Positions 38,346 through 47,875 of a stretch of 56,236 bases of DNA are shown here, one piece after another. This DNA is from Methanomassiliicoccaceae archaeon UBA113. Lineage in GTDB: Archaea; Thermoplasmatota; Thermoplasmata; Methanomassiliicoccales; Methanomethylophilaceae. The notes beneath the pieces were generated by a model. The model had not been told where the DNA came from, did not search any database, and saw nothing but the letters and a program-made list of their open reading frames with translations. The position numbers and the translations under genes were made by a program. The number at the start of each line of letters is the position of its first letter. The first letter of the stretch is position 1. The stretch spans positions 1-56,236 of the forward strand of contig DAXB01000042.1 in the NCBI GenBank assembly GCA_002506175.1, given 5' to 3'.

Positions 38346-39155
38346 TTAGATTTGGAATCCGCCCTTGTTCCTGTACCTCTTGGGCAGGATGAACAGTTCC
38401 CCGTCATTGTCCTTGCCGACAGTTGCGCTGACCTCGTACACATCTTCGATGAGTTCGGGGGTTATGATCTCCTTGGGGTCCCCCATATCGACTATCTTTC
38501 CCTTCTTCATGATGATGCATGTGTCGCAATACCTCGCCATCAGCGAGATGTCATGCTCCGCCACGAGGATGGTCATGTCCTTCCTGACCATCGCGGTTAG
38601 GTACTCCATGACATCGAGCTTGTACTTCATGTCCAGATGCGATGTCGGTTCGTCGACCAGCATGAGTCTGGGGTTCTGGACGTAGGCTTTGGCTATGAGG
38701 ACGCGCTGCTGCTCTCCAGATGAGAGCATGTTGAGCTGTCTGTCCTTGAGATGGGCTACACCGAAGTTCTCCATCGTCTTCAGGACGTACTCCTCTTCCT
38801 CCACAGGCTCCCACCACATGTTCTTCATGTATGGGTACCTTCCCAGCATGACGGTCTCGTAGGCCGTGAGTCCGAAGCTGTTCTTGATCTCAGCAGGGAC
38901 GTTGGCGACAATCTTGGCTATCTCGCTCGGGCTCTTCTTCAGGACGGATTCACCGTCGATGAGGATCTCCCCTGATGTGGTGTCATGGAGTCTGTTGATG
39001 CAATGCATCATCGTGCTTTTACCGCACCCGTTGGGCCCTATCAGGCCGACCAGATGTCCGGGTCCGAGCTTGTACGACACGCCCCTGACTGCATGATATC
39101 CGTTCTCGTAGATCTTGTTGATATCCCTCAGTTCGAGGAGCGGTGTTTCATCCAT
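38346..39155 (-). CDS. ABC ATPase, BtuD/FecE type
   Basis: GPNGCGKS, LSSGEQQR, DEPTSHLD, EHD. Confidence 0.93.
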   Translation of the reverse strand: MDETPLLELRDINKIYENGYHAVRGVSYKLGPGHLVGLIGPNGCGKSTMMHCINRLHDTTSGEILIDGESVLKKSPSEIAKIVANVPAEIKNSFGLTAYETVMLGRYPYMKNMWWEPVEEEEYVLKTMENFGVAHLKDRQLNMLSSGEQQRVLIAKAYVQNPRLMLVDEPTSHLDMKYKLDVMEYLTAMVRKDMTILVAEHDISLMARYCDTCIIMKKGKIVDMGDPKEIITPELIEDVYEVSATVGKDNDGELFILPKRYRNKGGFQI

Positions 39156-42084
39156 CGTACATCCTCCCTTTCTTGATCAGCATGTAGGCGAACACAGGAA
39201 CTCCGATCACCGTTGTGATGGCTCCTACCGGGAGTTCCATTCCAGGGATTAGCATCCTGGATGCGAAATCGGCCAGCAGCATCAGTACCGCGCCCACGAC
39301 TATGGAAGCTGGGAGTACCAGACGGTGATCCCCTCCGAGGATCATACGGCACAGATGCGGGACGACCAATCCGACGAATCCGATGATTCCGACGAATGCC
39401 ACGCATACGGATGTGAGCACAGATGCGAGGATCAGCATCCCCCTCGTGAATTTCCTGACATCGAGACCCATCTGCCTGGCCTGATCCTCACCAAGTAGGA
39501 TGAGGTTCAGCTCTTTGGCCCAGAACAGCGTGACAAGCGAGAGTGCGATGGCAGGTATGACTATCACCCATACTTGTGTCCATGAGACATTCGAGAATGA
39601 ACCGAACAGCCATGTGAGTGCGTTTGTGACTTTGCTTCCAGCCATCGAGATCATAAGCGTCTGGACGGCCGAGAACGCCAGTCCGACCACCACTCCTGCC
39701 AAGACGTAATTGATCGACGTTCCTCCCGCCTTCTCCGCAATGAGCATCGTGCATCCGAATGCCAGCAATCCTCCGATCATCGCGACGATCGCGGTGAGGA
39801 ACAGGGAATGGGATCCGAAGAACCCGAAGAATGTGAAGTCGAATGCGATGACCGCGACGGCCGCTGTTCCGGCTCCGGAAGAAACTCCCATGATGTACGG
39901 GTCGCACAGAGGGTTCCTGATGACCGCCTGGTAGATGCTTCCGGCAATGGCCAGTCCGATTCCGACCGCTATGGCGGCCAATGTCCTGGGAAGCCTCGAG
40001 CTGTATACGGTGATCTCATCGCCGGTCAGGTTCTGTCCGCCTTTAGATATGGCCGATCCCAAGGCTCCGAACATCTCTCCGATGGAGAGTGTGGATGTGG
40101 AACCAATGCATAGGCTCACGGTGAGCATGATTATGATGAGCAAAGCGCCTATGAGGAGGACGATTCTGAGTCTGTGTCTGCTCCTGGTGTTGTGCGAAAG
40201 ACCGTCATCCTTCACATATCCCCTCATCTTCTCAGCGATATGTTTGAATGGTTTCTCGACCTTCAGGCCGAATCTCATTACCGCGTATATCGCGGCGATG
40301 ATGATTGCAGCTGTTATGATGGCATAAACCAGCACCATATACCACGGCTGGTTGTCCGATGGGGTGATGACACTCGTGTACTGTCCGTACATGATCGACA
40401 TTCCGCCGTCGTTACCTGCGAATGTCCAGTTACCGATGATCGTGATAGGGCTCATGCTGTAGTTGGATATCTCCGCTTCCTGTTTGGTGAGTATTTTCCC
40501 GTCGAGTCCGAGGGTGTATAGGTAACCGTTGCTGGAGTAGCTTGCAGCATAGATTATGGAACCATTGACCAGCACTATCGGGGCATGAATGGGGTCGATC
40601 TCTGTCTGGAGCACTTCCAGAACATTATCCGTACTCAGTCTGAGAAGGCCCACGCTCGTCATGAAGTAGATGCCGGTGAATGATTCATTGTCCACAACGG
40701 TGCAGTAGTGGGAGCCTTTGCCGGATTCCGTGGTCTTATATGATTCCGCGAGTGTTTTACCATCGAACGTGTAATGTGCGATTCCACCGACTTTGGAGCT
40801 CATCCCTCTTCCGTCGGAGAATGTGAAGAACAGGTCGTACCCGTTCTCGTTCCTTATCACTGATGGGGAGCCTATGGATCCGTACTGCTGACCGTATAAT
40901 TCGGTGCTGTACACCAACGATGATGAGATCGTTTTTCCGGTGGCGGCATCGATCGCATAGAGTATTCCCGAGAGGTCTCCGCAGAACAGATATCCGTCGA
41001 TGACGGCCGGTGAGTCGTAGTATGAACGGGTGTTCCTTTCGGAGGACCATATGAGGTTCAGGTCGAGGTCGAAGCAGTACACCATCCCGTTGGAGTGCAT
41101 CGAGTAGATCACTCCGTTGGCGTAAATCAGGTTTCCGGATCCGGTGGCGTATGACGATCCGGTGTATGTTTTTCCGTCAATGTCGAACGGTGGGCATCCC
41201 ACCTTGGATGTCACTTTGGAAAGGTCGTACGGGGCGCCTCCGTATGTGGTGACGTTCTCATAATTGTCTCCGGGGCCGCTCAAGGGGATCTTGAAGATGT
41301 AGCTGCCGGCTCCTGTCAGATAGACATATTCGCCGATGATGGCAGGGGTCATGACCTCATAGAAGCCGTTTCCTGGGTGTGTGAAGGACCACAGGGCATT
41401 GCCGTTCAGGTCGTAGCAGACCAAGGTAGCATTCGTGGTCGTCTGCATACCCATTCCGGATCCGTATTTTGCGATGACCTGTCCGTTGGCGAAGAGGATG
41501 GATGAGTACACTCCGCATTTCTCCTCATCCTTCATGATAACCTTGTATCCGATGGTCGTATCGATGTTCGAATTCTGCACTCCGTCCTGCTGGGCGTTAC
41601 CATGGATCATTGTCCACGATGTCCTCCATTCCGGGGTCTCGCACGGCGCGGTTCCCTGAGGGTAGAAACCGAGTGCATAGGATCCCTTCTCATAATCAGT
41701 GCTGAGAACGGATGACGATTGGACATTCCAGGAACCATCCCACAGATAGAGCTGCCAGTTGCAGGTAACGGTCCTTCCGGTGGTTCCTTCGGATATGAAC
41801 GATCCCCCGGATCCGTTCGATCCGGTCTTCACGGATGTGATGCCGTCAACCGTAATGGTGCTCGATGCATCCACCGATATGCCGATTGATGCGGCTGAAC
41901 CGATGATGGATTCCTTCAGTGTCCCAGACGGGGATATCTTCACCCATTCGGTGTTGCCGTCCCCGTAGTCGATCAGCAGCCAATCATCCGAGTCAGCATC
42001 GGATTGATCCGATGTCGATACCACGGATGCAGATATCACCAACAGGGCGATGGCTGCGATCGTCAGAATGTTCCTTGCTTTCAT
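39148..42084 (-). CDS. fusion: secreted domain + PQQ-like beta-propeller + BtuC/FecCD permease
   Basis: Signal peptide, propeller-like repeats (LVCYDLNGNALWS, VYCFDLDLNLIWS, LYAIDAATGK), then RLPR..RNPL.DPYIMGVSSGA..LGEDQARQMG..GFVGLVVPH. Confidence 0.88.
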   Translation of the reverse strand: MKARNILTIAAIALLVISASVVSTSDQSDADSDDWLLIDYGDGNTEWVKISPSGTLKESIIGSAASIGISVDASSTITVDGITSVKTGSNGSGGSFISEGTTGRTVTCNWQLYLWDGSWNVQSSSVLSTDYEKGSYALGFYPQGTAPCETPEWRTSWTMIHGNAQQDGVQNSNIDTTIGYKVIMKDEEKCGVYSSILFANGQVIAKYGSGMGMQTTTNATLVCYDLNGNALWSFTHPGNGFYEVMTPAIIGEYVYLTGAGSYIFKIPLSGPGDNYENVTTYGGAPYDLSKVTSKVGCPPFDIDGKTYTGSSYATGSGNLIYANGVIYSMHSNGMVYCFDLDLNLIWSSERNTRSYYDSPAVIDGYLFCGDLSGILYAIDAATGKTISSSLVYSTELYGQQYGSIGSPSVIRNENGYDLFFTFSDGRGMSSKVGGIAHYTFDGKTLAESYKTTESGKGSHYCTVVDNESFTGIYFMTSVGLLRLSTDNVLEVLQTEIDPIHAPIVLVNGSIIYAASYSSNGYLYTLGLDGKILTKQEAEISNYSMSPITIIGNWTFAGNDGGMSIMYGQYTSVITPSDNQPWYMVLVYAIITAAIIIAAIYAVMRFGLKVEKPFKHIAEKMRGYVKDDGLSHNTRSRHRLRIVLLIGALLIIIMLTVSLCIGSTSTLSIGEMFGALGSAISKGGQNLTGDEITVYSSRLPRTLAAIAVGIGLAIAGSIYQAVIRNPLCDPYIMGVSSGAGTAAVAVIAFDFTFFGFFGSHSLFLTAIVAMIGGLLAFGCTMLIAEKAGGTSINYVLAGVVVGLAFSAVQTLMISMAGSKVTNALTWLFGSFSNVSWTQVWVIVIPAIALSLVTLFWAKELNLILLGEDQARQMGLDVRKFTRGMLILASVLTSVCVAFVGIIGFVGLVVPHLCRMILGGDHRLVLPASIVVGAVLMLLADFASRMLIPGMELPVGAITTVIGVPVFAYMLIKKGRMYDG

Positions 42085-42085
42085 C

Positions 42086-43432
42086 TTATCCCTCAAAGCC
42101 GAGATTCTTAGTGTATGTCAGATAGTCTCTGTAATTGTCGCCGATGTATTTCGGCATCTTGAAATCATCGAAGACGCCGGGGTTGAGGATCCTTGATGTC
42201 AGCTCTGTGAGCTGAGCGTATCTGGGTCCCGGACGCTGGGCCATGTCGCCCGCTTCTTCAGTCAAAATGTAGATCTCTCCGTCCTTGTAGGCATCGGTTC
42301 CTTTCCATTCGTCGGAGAGGGATGCGATCAGCGCATCGTATTCGCTCTGTGTTGCTTTGTATTCCGATGTGAGTATGATTATGACGGACGGGTTGCGTTT
42401 GACGATCTGCTCCGAGTTGATGTGGGACCAACCGTTCATTTCAGCGAACACGTTCGATCCTCCGGAGGCAATCAACGCATCATGCGCATAGGTATACCGG
42501 CCAGATACCCAGGGCGACATGTCGCCTGACAGCGAAATCATGGTATCGGCATCGGTGGCATACGGTGAGTCCAGTTTGGATTCTATCTCTTTGACAGCAT
42601 AGTCCAGTTCGGACAGGATCTCCTTCACTGCGATATCGTAGCCCATGGCGGTCCCCATAAGGAATATGTTGTCTCTGATCATCTCGATGCTCTCGGATTC
42701 GTAGAGAACAATGGTGCAGATGTCAACCTCTTTCAATCTCTGGGACAGCTGTGTGTGGTTGTACTGTGAACCGTCGCAGAACACTATGTCGGGTTTCACC
42801 TTGACAATCGCCTCGTAACTCGGATTCGTATAGTCGCCCACGATTGCGATATCGCCGCTGTTCTGTCTCTTGACCACGGTAGATGGGTAATTGCTGAACT
42901 TATCGGTACCGACGAGAGTCGTGATTCCTCCTACGGAAGCCATCATCTCCGTGAGTGCGGGAGCCAGTGTGATCGTCCTGCTCTTCTGTTCGAATCCGTA
43001 CACGCTTGACCCGAGCATATCGACGGCTATTGTGGGTAATTCACCCGAGGCGCGGTATGCAACCGAGATCGCGGTTGTTCCGGCGATGGTCTGATCATAG
43101 GGGGTGCTCAGTCCCGTCCATTCGGTGGACCCTTTGTCTATAATCCATATTTTCCAATCGAACGTCCCATTAGAATATATGCCGTCGATTTCGGAAATGG
43201 TCCCGTCGGCATCGAATGATATGGTATGACCTGAGGAAGAGCACGCTTCCGCAACGGCGTCTCTGGCCGTAGAATGTTTCTTCAGGTCCACAGGTGCCCA
43301 TTCCGTGTTGTATTCATCGTAATCGATTATGATTCCTTCGGAGCTGAGCACTGTAACCTGGCTGTCGGAGGATAAGGCAACTGTCAGGAAGGCGGCCGCC
43401 AGAAGCAGTATGGCCGAGGCTATTATCTTCAT
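42086..43432 (-). CDS. class III (BtuF-like) substrate-binding protein with an extra N-terminal domain
   Basis: TLAPALTE, VGTD.FSNYP, PSYEAIV..KPDIV, EQIV..NP, RPGPR. Confidence 0.88.
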   Translation of the reverse strand: MKIIASAILLLAAAFLTVALSSDSQVTVLSSEGIIIDYDEYNTEWAPVDLKKHSTARDAVAEACSSSGHTISFDADGTISEIDGIYSNGTFDWKIWIIDKGSTEWTGLSTPYDQTIAGTTAISVAYRASGELPTIAVDMLGSSVYGFEQKSRTITLAPALTEMMASVGGITTLVGTDKFSNYPSTVVKRQNSGDIAIVGDYTNPSYEAIVKVKPDIVFCDGSQYNHTQLSQRLKEVDICTIVLYESESIEMIRDNIFLMGTAMGYDIAVKEILSELDYAVKEIESKLDSPYATDADTMISLSGDMSPWVSGRYTYAHDALIASGGSNVFAEMNGWSHINSEQIVKRNPSVIIILTSEYKATQSEYDALIASLSDEWKGTDAYKDGEIYILTEEAGDMAQRPGPRYAQLTELTSRILNPGVFDDFKMPKYIGDNYRDYLTYTKNLGFEG

Positions 43433-43469
43433 CTTGGCGGTTTCCGTTATTATCCCTCCTGTTAGTTTG

Positions 43470-43520
43470 TTGGATTATGTATCCAATTGATCTATATAAT
43501 AAGTCGGATGACTCATCCAA
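43470..43520. promoter_or_regulatory. two TTGGAT-N5-ATCCAA palindromes flanking a TATA box
   Basis: TTGGATTATGTATCCAA at 43470-43486 and TCGGATGACTCATCCAA at 43504-43520, with TTATATA (minus strand) between them. Confidence 0.7.
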
Positions 43521-43580
43521 CTCATTTTCAGGGTCTGGATGCTGACAAAATGAAGTGAATTATTACCAAAAAGAATATGG

Positions 43581-43602
43581 AAAAGGGCCATCCGGCCCTT
43601 TT
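43581..43602 (-). terminator. hairpin terminator
   Basis: AAAAGGGCC-AT-CC-GGCCCTTTT inverted repeat after the 43614 gene. Confidence 0.65.
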
Positions 43603-43613
43603 CTTCAATAGTT

Positions 43614-44267
43614 TCAGACTGTCTTCTTCTTTTTGCTTTTGACAACTACGAGGATGAGAGCAATGATCACAATGATCACGAGCGCGATGATGGCATACAG
43701 CATGACGGGGCTCTCGAATCCGTTAGGAGCCTGGTCAGGGAGATACATGAATCCATAATCGCCTTTGAGGTAGTTGTTCGCATCAGCCCCTACCGGGAGT
43801 TTCTCCAGGTAGAAGAAGTTGTAGAAAGAGTCAACCGGGCAGAGAACGATGGCTGCCGAACTGGAGTCAACATAGTTGTTGGACATGTCAGTGACCTCGG
43901 CCCATTTGCCATCTTTTGCGTAATATGTCGCTGCGTACACGTACTCGGTGTCGTAGTTGAAGGTGACGCCACCCCAAGAGTCATCGACGTAGTATTTCTG
44001 GACGTTTCCGAGGGACTTGAGTCCTGCTTCCGTGATTGCTTTGCTGTAGTCCGCGTTCATCGCAGCGATGTATTCTTTAACGCTGGCTCCGGATGTCTCG
44101 GAGATCCATTTGCTGTAAACCGTGTTACCTTTGCCATCGATCACTTCGATGTAGAGGCGGTATGTCTTGTCACTCGCACCGTCATCTTCCGCCGCTGCGA
44201 CTGCGAATGCGGTAGCGCAGAACATAGCGACAACGGCTACGGTGAGAATCTTTGAATTCATCTTCAT
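43614..44267 (-). CDS. secreted, C-terminally anchored surface protein
   Basis: Signal peptide, C-terminal TM helix and KSKKKK tail. Confidence 0.85.
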   Translation of the reverse strand: MKMNSKILTVAVVAMFCATAFAVAAAEDDGASDKTYRLYIEVIDGKGNTVYSKWISETSGASVKEYIAAMNADYSKAITEAGLKSLGNVQKYYVDDSWGGVTFNYDTEYVYAATYYAKDGKWAEVTDMSNNYVDSSSAAIVLCPVDSFYNFFYLEKLPVGADANNYLKGDYGFMYLPDQAPNGFESPVMLYAIIALVIIVIIALILVVVKSKKKKTV

Positions 44268-44320
44268 GATATCACCTGAAGTGTTATTGAACGCTAATCT
44301 GTTTTAATATATTTAAACAG

Positions 44321-44337
44321 TTGGATGTATCATCCAT
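44321..44337. promoter_or_regulatory. third copy of the TTGGAT-N5-ATCCA operator
   Basis: TTGGATGTATCATCCAT directly upstream of the TATA-like TTTAAATATATTA (44305-44317, minus strand). Confidence 0.65.
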
Positions 44338-44383
44338 ACTTTCCTACCTGCAGTCTAGCCATTCATCCGATGTCAGACAGGAA

Positions 44384-45181
44384 TCACTCGTCTTCGATGA
44401 TCTCTTCCGGTGCTCCAGCGAACTTCACGAGTGCATACTGCTCCATGAAGTGCAGCTTTCCTGGAAGTACGAGTGTGAACAGAGGCTCCCCGAGATCCAT
44501 CTTCAGGAGGTCCTGAGGATATCCTGCGAATATCTTCTGATTGGGGGAGCCGACCTGCGATGCGACGCACAGGATAGTCTTGTCATCGATGAGTCCCTCT
44601 TTCCATTTCTCCTCGCCGAGAAGGAGCCACTGGATCGCCTCATGGGCGGACATGTAGCGCATCTCATCGGCATGGATGTCCAGGAGGATCATGGTGTGGA
44701 GACCGAGCTTCTTGTTCTCCATGATATGATCGTATGGGGACTTGGGGTGGTAGTTGTCCTCGATGAACGGGAGTGTGACGGCCCTTCCGAACTTGTAGTT
44801 CTGCAATCCGAGCGCCGTGGGGCATGCAGAGAAAATCGTGATACCGTTGAACAGCCTCACGGGGATTCCTGCTTCCGCTGCCTGGATCCTGAGATCCACA
44901 TGTGTGGTCGCGGACATGGTGTCCCCCGCGGTTATGAAACCGACCCTCATGTTCATGGCATCCTTTATGATGTCGTCGCATTCCTCGACCTGCGCCCTGT
45001 AGAGAACCTTGATCTTTTTCCCGATAGCGGCCTCGAGGTCATCGACGCTTGTGCCGATGAGGAACGAGGTGTAGAATTCAGCATAGATCTTGTCGCATTC
45101 TTTCAGTGCGTTCAGTGCCTTGACGGTCATACCGTCCGTGCCGCTAAGGCCGAGTCCGACGAAAATAAGCTCGGATGTCAT
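44384..45181 (-). CDS. dph5: diphthine synthase
   Basis: VGLGL, EFYTS, GD.MSATTHVDL, GLQNYKFG, GLHTMILLDI. Confidence 0.95.
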   Translation of the reverse strand: MTSELIFVGLGLSGTDGMTVKALNALKECDKIYAEFYTSFLIGTSVDDLEAAIGKKIKVLYRAQVEECDDIIKDAMNMRVGFITAGDTMSATTHVDLRIQAAEAGIPVRLFNGITIFSACPTALGLQNYKFGRAVTLPFIEDNYHPKSPYDHIMENKKLGLHTMILLDIHADEMRYMSAHEAIQWLLLGEEKWKEGLIDDKTILCVASQVGSPNQKIFAGYPQDLLKMDLGEPLFTLVLPGKLHFMEQYALVKFAGAPEEIIEDE

Positions 45182-45267
45182 CGGACTGCCAATCGGGTTG
45201 CCCTATAAAATTAGTTCTTATGGTAATAAAGGAAAAATGGAGGGGGAGGTCCCCCTCATGGTTTTCA

Positions 45268-47370
45268 TCACTCTTTGACGAGTGTGACCAGAGCATCTAC
45301 CGCGTAGGCGCCCTTGCCCTCGACCTGGACGATGACGGGATTAATCTCGAGCTCGTGGATCTCAGGGTTCTCGATCGCGATGAGGGCGATCCTCTTGATG
45401 GCATCCTTCATGGCGGGGATATCGGATTTGGCGAGTCCTCTTGCTCCCGACATGAGCTTGTACGCCTTGGTGGATGTGATCATCTCATCGAGCTGCTCCT
45501 CCGTCATGGGGACGTGTGCCTGGGAGATCTCCCTGAGGATCTCGACGTAGATTCCTCCGAGTCCGAAGGACACGACGGGTCCGAACTGCGCATCGCGGAT
45601 CATGGAGAGGATGACCTCCTGTCCGGAGACCATCTGCTGGATTGACACTCCCATGATGTTCGCGTCTGGGACGTTCTTGGTGCATGAGTCCATGATCTTG
45701 GTGTATGCCGCTTTAGCCGCCTCGGCATCCTTGACACCTACGACGACTCCTCCGACATCGGTCTTGTGCTTGATGTCGGGGGACACGATCTTCATGACGA
45801 CGGGATATCCGATCCTGTCGCATTCCTTGGCTGCATCTTCCGCGGAGTTGACTGTCGCCTCTCCGGGTGTGGGTACGCCGTATGCCTTGAAAATCTCCTT
45901 ACCTTCGGATTCGGAAAGGGAGTCCCTTCCCTCAGCCTTGGCATTGTCGATGATCTTCTTCGCGGCCTCCCTTCCTCCTCCGCTGGGCTTGGGGTATGCC
46001 ATCGGGGTGTGGGTCTTCTCCTTGTTGAGGGTGTAGGTCCTGAGGATGTCCAGGGCATGGATCGCTCTGTCGGGTGTGGGGTATGTGGGGATTCCCGCTT
46101 CCTTGAGGTACGAGTTGGCCTTGTCGCACTTGTGACCTCCTGCGAAGCAGACGACGAACGGAACGGGGATCTGGTCCTTGATCTCGACGATGGACTGTGC
46201 GACAGCCTCGAGGTCTGCAGTGTCGAGAGGCGATCCCATGATGACGAGCGCCCCTACCTCGGGGTCGTGGGACAGGACGTCGATGACCTCCTTGAAGTAC
46301 TCGGGTTTGGCGTCTCCGCGGATGTCGATGGGGTTCGTGACTCCTGCGACGGTGGGGACCCTGCGCCTGATCTCGGCGATGGTCTCGTCTGAGAACTTGA
46401 CTGCGTGGACGTTCTTCGCGTCGAATGCCGCATCCGCGGACATGACTCCGAGTCCTCCCGCGTTGGTGATGATTCCGAGCCCGCTCTTCTTCATCGGTTC
46501 GCATCCGCTGAACACGTTGAGGACATCGAACATGTCGTCCAGGCTGTTTGCTCTGTAGACGTTGAGCTTCTTGAAGATGACGTTGTTGACTGCATCCGCT
46601 CCTGCGAGGGATCCGGTGTGTGATGAAGCTGCTGCGGCTCCTGCCTGGGTCCTTCCGGACTTGTAGATGACGATGGGCTTGTCGATGGGCATGTTCTCGA
46701 TGGCCTCGACGAACCTGTGTCCGTTGGAGATTCCCTCGGCGTACATTCCGATTACCTTGGTGTTGGGGTCCTCGGAGATCTCGGGGATGATGTCGGCCTC
46801 GTCGAGGTCGCACTTGTTTCCGAATGTGACGAAGTTGGCGATTCCGATTTTGTTGAAGAATGCCCAGTCTATAATGGATGAACCGACGGCTCCAGACTGC
46901 GAGAATATGGAGATGTGTCCCTTGCGGGGAAGGAGGTGCGCGAATGTGGCGTTGACTCCTGCCCAGGGGTTCATGTTTCCGAAACAGTTGGGTCCGAAGA
47001 TTCTGACTCCCGCATCTTTGGCGGCAAGGACCAGCTTTTTCTCGAGTTCCTTTCCCTCGGGACTGTCCTCTTTGAATCCTGCTGTCAGAATAGTGGCTGC
47101 GTGGCATCCGTTCTTCTTGAGGTTGGCCATCTCGTCGGGGACGAGAGCGGCCTTGATCGAGATGACCGCGAGGTCCACGGGCTCGGGAACCTCGGTGATC
47201 GATGTGTATGCCTTGAGTCCCTGGATCTCCCCGCCTTTGGGGTTGATCGGGTACAGGTGACCGGGGAATCCAGCGTTTATCATGTTCTTGACAAGCATTC
47301 CACCTAGCTTGGTCTCGTCATTGGATGCTCCAATGATTGCGACGGAGTTGGGCGTCAGTAATCCATTCAT
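45268..47370 (-). CDS. acetate--CoA ligase (ADP-forming), fused alpha/beta
   Basis: P.SVAIIGAS, GPNCFG, SQSGA, SHTGSLAG, TNAGG.G, NPID, GYPVVMKIVSP...HKTDVGGV, EINP. Confidence 0.93.
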   Translation of the reverse strand: MNGLLTPNSVAIIGASNDETKLGGMLVKNMINAGFPGHLYPINPKGGEIQGLKAYTSITEVPEPVDLAVISIKAALVPDEMANLKKNGCHAATILTAGFKEDSPEGKELEKKLVLAAKDAGVRIFGPNCFGNMNPWAGVNATFAHLLPRKGHISIFSQSGAVGSSIIDWAFFNKIGIANFVTFGNKCDLDEADIIPEISEDPNTKVIGMYAEGISNGHRFVEAIENMPIDKPIVIYKSGRTQAGAAAASSHTGSLAGADAVNNVIFKKLNVYRANSLDDMFDVLNVFSGCEPMKKSGLGIITNAGGLGVMSADAAFDAKNVHAVKFSDETIAEIRRRVPTVAGVTNPIDIRGDAKPEYFKEVIDVLSHDPEVGALVIMGSPLDTADLEAVAQSIVEIKDQIPVPFVVCFAGGHKCDKANSYLKEAGIPTYPTPDRAIHALDILRTYTLNKEKTHTPMAYPKPSGGGREAAKKIIDNAKAEGRDSLSESEGKEIFKAYGVPTPGEATVNSAEDAAKECDRIGYPVVMKIVSPDIKHKTDVGGVVVGVKDAEAAKAAYTKIMDSCTKNVPDANIMGVSIQQMVSGQEVILSMIRDAQFGPVVSFGLGGIYVEILREISQAHVPMTEEQLDEMITSTKAYKLMSGARGLAKSDIPAMKDAIKRIALIAIENPEIHELEINPVIVQVEGKGAYAVDALVTLVKE

Positions 47371-47587
47371 GGCCCTACAATCCTGTATTTCTAATATAAT
47401 GGTTTGTAATGTGAAATCAGATTATTGTCAATATCGTTGATATTTTTACGAAATCAGTATTAATTACGATATATTACTACGAAATATAGCAAAATACGTC
47501 AGATGTCTATTATTTTCTGTGAGTTTTACCAGTTATACCGTCTATCATTCGGCATTCGTCGGAATTAAAGTACACATTATTCGTTTA

Positions 47588-47875
47588 TCCCGAGCCCTCC
47601 CGATGGCGTTCGGACTGTAGTTGGTTTAAATACGGTACATCCTTTCCTTCCATTGCCGAATCGGCGGAAGGGCGCGACAGATGAACGCCATGTGCACGAG
47701 GCGGCGAACAGTGGCTCCATCCCAACTTTGTTGGGCTCCCGCGGGAGTTGGTGACGTGTCGTCACAGCGATGACCGGGGGTCAACGTGGAGTCCGACACA
47801 TACCCCCGGCGTAAGTCAGTGCTCCGAGATCGGCGTCATCGTCGTCACTGTGAAAGAGTGTGTTAACGCTCGGGG
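47588..47875 (+). ncRNA. putative large structured non-coding RNA, family not identified
   Basis: GC-rich intergenic segment with many complementary helices, paired ends and a possible pseudoknot. Strand assignment is tentative. Confidence 0.45.

Noticed and set aside
47588-47875. RNase P RNA, SRP RNA or tmRNA
   Set aside because: The size is similar, but I could not find GAGGAAAGUCC/P4, the SRP helix-8 motif or tRNA-like ends on either strand.
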